Below are positions 61,201 to 64,000 of a DNA stretch of 64,000 bases, piece after piece (position 1 is the first letter of the stretch; every line of letters begins with the position of its first letter). A program made the position numbers and the translations under genes. Under the pieces are notes generated by a model. It saw nothing but the letters and a program-made list of their open reading frames with translations, had not been told where the DNA came from and ran no database searches. Source of the stretch: Phyllobates terribilis. Lineage: Eukaryota. The DNA lies in the NCBI RefSeq assembly GCF_046119375.1, contig NW_027362771.1, positions 532,952,001-533,016,000 of the forward strand, in the 5' to 3' direction.

Positions 61201-64000
61201 TTCTACATAGAGCTAGCCATATACTGGCGCCTTCATTGTGGTGGGGATATGGCCCTCACAGCACTACATAGAGCTGGCCATATACTGGCGCCTTCATTGT
61301 GGTGGGGATATGGCCCCCACAGCGCTACATAGAGCTGGCCATATACTGGCGCCTTCATTGTGGTGGGGCTATGGCCCTCACAGCACTACATAGAGCTGGC
61401 CATATACTGGCGCCTTCATTGTGGTGCGGTTATGGCCCCCACATTTCTACATAGAGCTGGCCATATACTGGCGCCTTCATTGTGGTGGGGATATGGCCCT
61501 CACAGCACTGTATAGAGCTGGCCATATACTGGCACCTTCATTGTGGTGGGGATATGGCCCCCACAGCGCTACATAGAGCTGGCCATATACTGGCGCCTTC
61601 ATTGTGGTGCGGTTATGGCCCCCACATTTCTACATAGAGCTGGCCATATACTGGCGCCTTCATTGTGGTGGGGATATGGCCCCCACAGCACTACATAGAG
61701 CTGGCCATATACTGGCGCCTTCATTGTGGTGGGGATATGGCCCTCACAGCGCTACATAGAGCTGGCCATATACTGGCGCCTTCATTGTGGTGGGGATATG
61801 GCCCTCACAGCACTGTATAGAGCTGGCCATATACTGGCACCTTCATTGTGGTGGGGATATGGCCCCCACAGCGCTACATAGAGCTGGCCATATACTGGTG
61901 CCTTCATTGTGGTGCGGTTATGGCCCCCACATTTCTACATAGAGCTGGCCATATACTGGCACCTTCATTGTGGTGCGGTTATGGCCCCCACATTTCTACA
62001 TAGAGCTGGCCATATACTGGCGCCTTCATTGTGGTGGGGATATGGCCCTCACAGCACTGTATAGAGCTGGCCATATACTGGCGCCTTCATTGTGGTGGGG
62101 ATATGGCCCTCACAGCACTGTATAGAGCTGGCCATATACTGGCACCTTCATTGTGGTGGGGATATGGCCCTCACAGCGCTACATAGAGCTGGCCATATAC
62201 TGGCGCCTTCATTGTGGTGGGGATATGGCCCTCACAGCGCTACATAGAGCTGGCCATATACTGGCGCCTTCATTGTGGTGGGGATATGGCCCCCACAGCG
62301 CTACATAGAGCTGGCCATATACTGGCGCCTTCATTGTGGTGGGGATATGGCCCCCACAGCGCTACATAGAGCTGGCCATATACTGGCGCCTTCATTGTGG
62401 TGGGGATATGGCCCTCACAGCGCTACATAGAGCTGGCCATATACTGGCGTCTTCATTGTGGTGCGGTTATGGCCCCCACATTTCTACATAGAGCTAGCCA
62501 TATACTGGCGCCTTCATTGTGGTGGGGATACGGCCCTCACAGCACTACATAGAGCTGGCCATATACTAGCGCCTTCATTGTGGTGGGGATATGGCCCCCA
62601 CAGCGCTACATAGAGCTGGCCATATACTGGCGCCTTCATTGTGGTGGGGCTATGGCCCTCACAGCACTACATAGAGCTGGCCATATACTGGCGCCTTCAT
62701 TGTGGTGCGGTTATGGCCCCCACATTTCTACATAGAGCTGGCCATATACTGGCGCCTTCATTGTGGTGGGGATATGGCCCTCACAGCACTGTATAGAGCT
62801 GGCCATATACTGGCGCCTTCATTGTGGTGGGGATATGGCCCCCACAGCGCTACATAGAGCTGGCCATATACTGGCGCCTTCATTGTGGTGGGGATATGGC
62901 CCTCACAGCGCTACATAGAGCTGGCCATATACTGGCGCCTTCATTGTGGTGGGGATATGGCCCTCACAGCGCTACATAGAGCTGGCCATATACTGGCACC
63001 TTCATTGTGGTGGGGATATGGCCCTCACAGCGCTACATAGAGCTGGCCATATACTGGCACCTTCATTGTGGTGGGGATATGGCCCCCACAGCACTACATA
63101 GAGCTGGCCATATACTGGCGCCTTCATTGTGGTGGGGATATGGCCCTCACAGCGCTACATAGAGCTGGCCATATACTGGCGCCTTCATTGTGGTGCGGTT
63201 ATGGCCCCCACAGCGCTACATAGAGCTGGCCATATACTGGCGCCTTCATTGTGGTGGGGATATGGCCCTCACAGCGCTACATAGAGCTGGCCATATACTG
63301 GTGCCTTCATTGTGGTGGGGATATGGCCCTCACAGCGCTACATAGAGCTGGCCATATACTGGCGCCTTCATTGTGGTGCGGTTATGGCCCCCACATTTCT
63401 ACATAGAGCTGGCGATATACTGGCGCCTTCATTGTGGTGGGGATATGGCCCCCACATTTCTACATAGAGCTGGCCATATACTGTCACCTTCATTGTGGTG
63501 CGGTTATGGCCCCCACATTTCTACATAGAGCTGGCCATATACTGGCACCTTCATTGTGGTGGGGATATGGCCCCCACATTTCTACATAGAGCTGGCCATA
63601 TACTGTCACCTTCATTGTGGTGCAGTTATGGCCCCCACATTTCTACATAGAGCTGGCCATATACTGGCACCTTCATTGTGGTGGGGATATGGCCCTCACA
63701 GCGCTACATAGAGCTGGCCATATACTGTCACCTTCATTGTGGTGCGGTTATGGCCCCCACATTTCTACATAGAGCTGGCCATATACTGGCACCTTCATTG
63801 TGGTGGGGATATGGCCCCCACATTTCTACATAGAGCTGGCCATATACTGGCGCCTTCATTGTGGTGGGGATATGGCCCCCACATTTCTACATAGAGCTGG
63901 CCATATACTGGCACCTTCATTGTGGTGGGGATATGGCCCTCACAGCGCTACATAGAGCTGGCCATATACTGGCGCCTTCATTGTGGTGGGGATATGGCCC
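58275..64000. repeat. 61-bp tandem satellite (>90 units), presumably intronic in ZMIZ2, running off the window
   Basis: Unit TACATAGAGCTGGCCATATACTGGCGCCTTCATTGTGGTGGGGATATGGCCCTCACAGCAC, period 61. Confidence 0.98.

Noticed and set aside
58275-64000. CRISPR-like regular repeats (also the 30/31-bp arrays)
   Set aside because: Head-to-tail tandem units without unique spacers, in vertebrate DNA with no cas genes.

Overview
Repeat-rich vertebrate genomic DNA, probably anuran (inferred from the T2/Kolobok-type MITEs, L2/CR1 LINEs and ZMIZ2 sequence). 1-25 kb is a nest of mobile elements. (A) A structurally full-length Ty3/Gypsy LTR retrotransposon (324-8272, minus strand; gag, UUUAAAC -1 frameshift, PR-RT-RH-IN with two in-frame TGA stops, tRNA-Ser PBS, PPT, TSD) sits in a 30/31-bp minisatellite that appears to be the interior of a hAT-type non-autonomous DNA transposon. 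(B) A 4.8-kb LTR element (14434-19210, minus strand) sits in an L2 LINE fragment. B has no recognisable gag, PR, RT or IN. It shares the tRNA-Ser PBS, PPT type and ~360-bp U5 with A and encodes a protein with a cold-shock (Y-box/Lin28-type) nucleic-acid-binding domain. The A/B pair, a candidate helper plus a cold-shock-domain passenger element, is the most notable thing in the window. Both LTR families also carry a 12-nt copy of the PBS inside U5. 25-64 kb is the 5' part of ZMIZ2 (plus strand): six coding exons at 52940-55994, a candidate upstream non-coding first exon, a young antisense L2 LINE, MITEs, a Tc1 end and a >5.7-kb 61-bp satellite running off the window. All identities were estimated by eye; no database searches were run.
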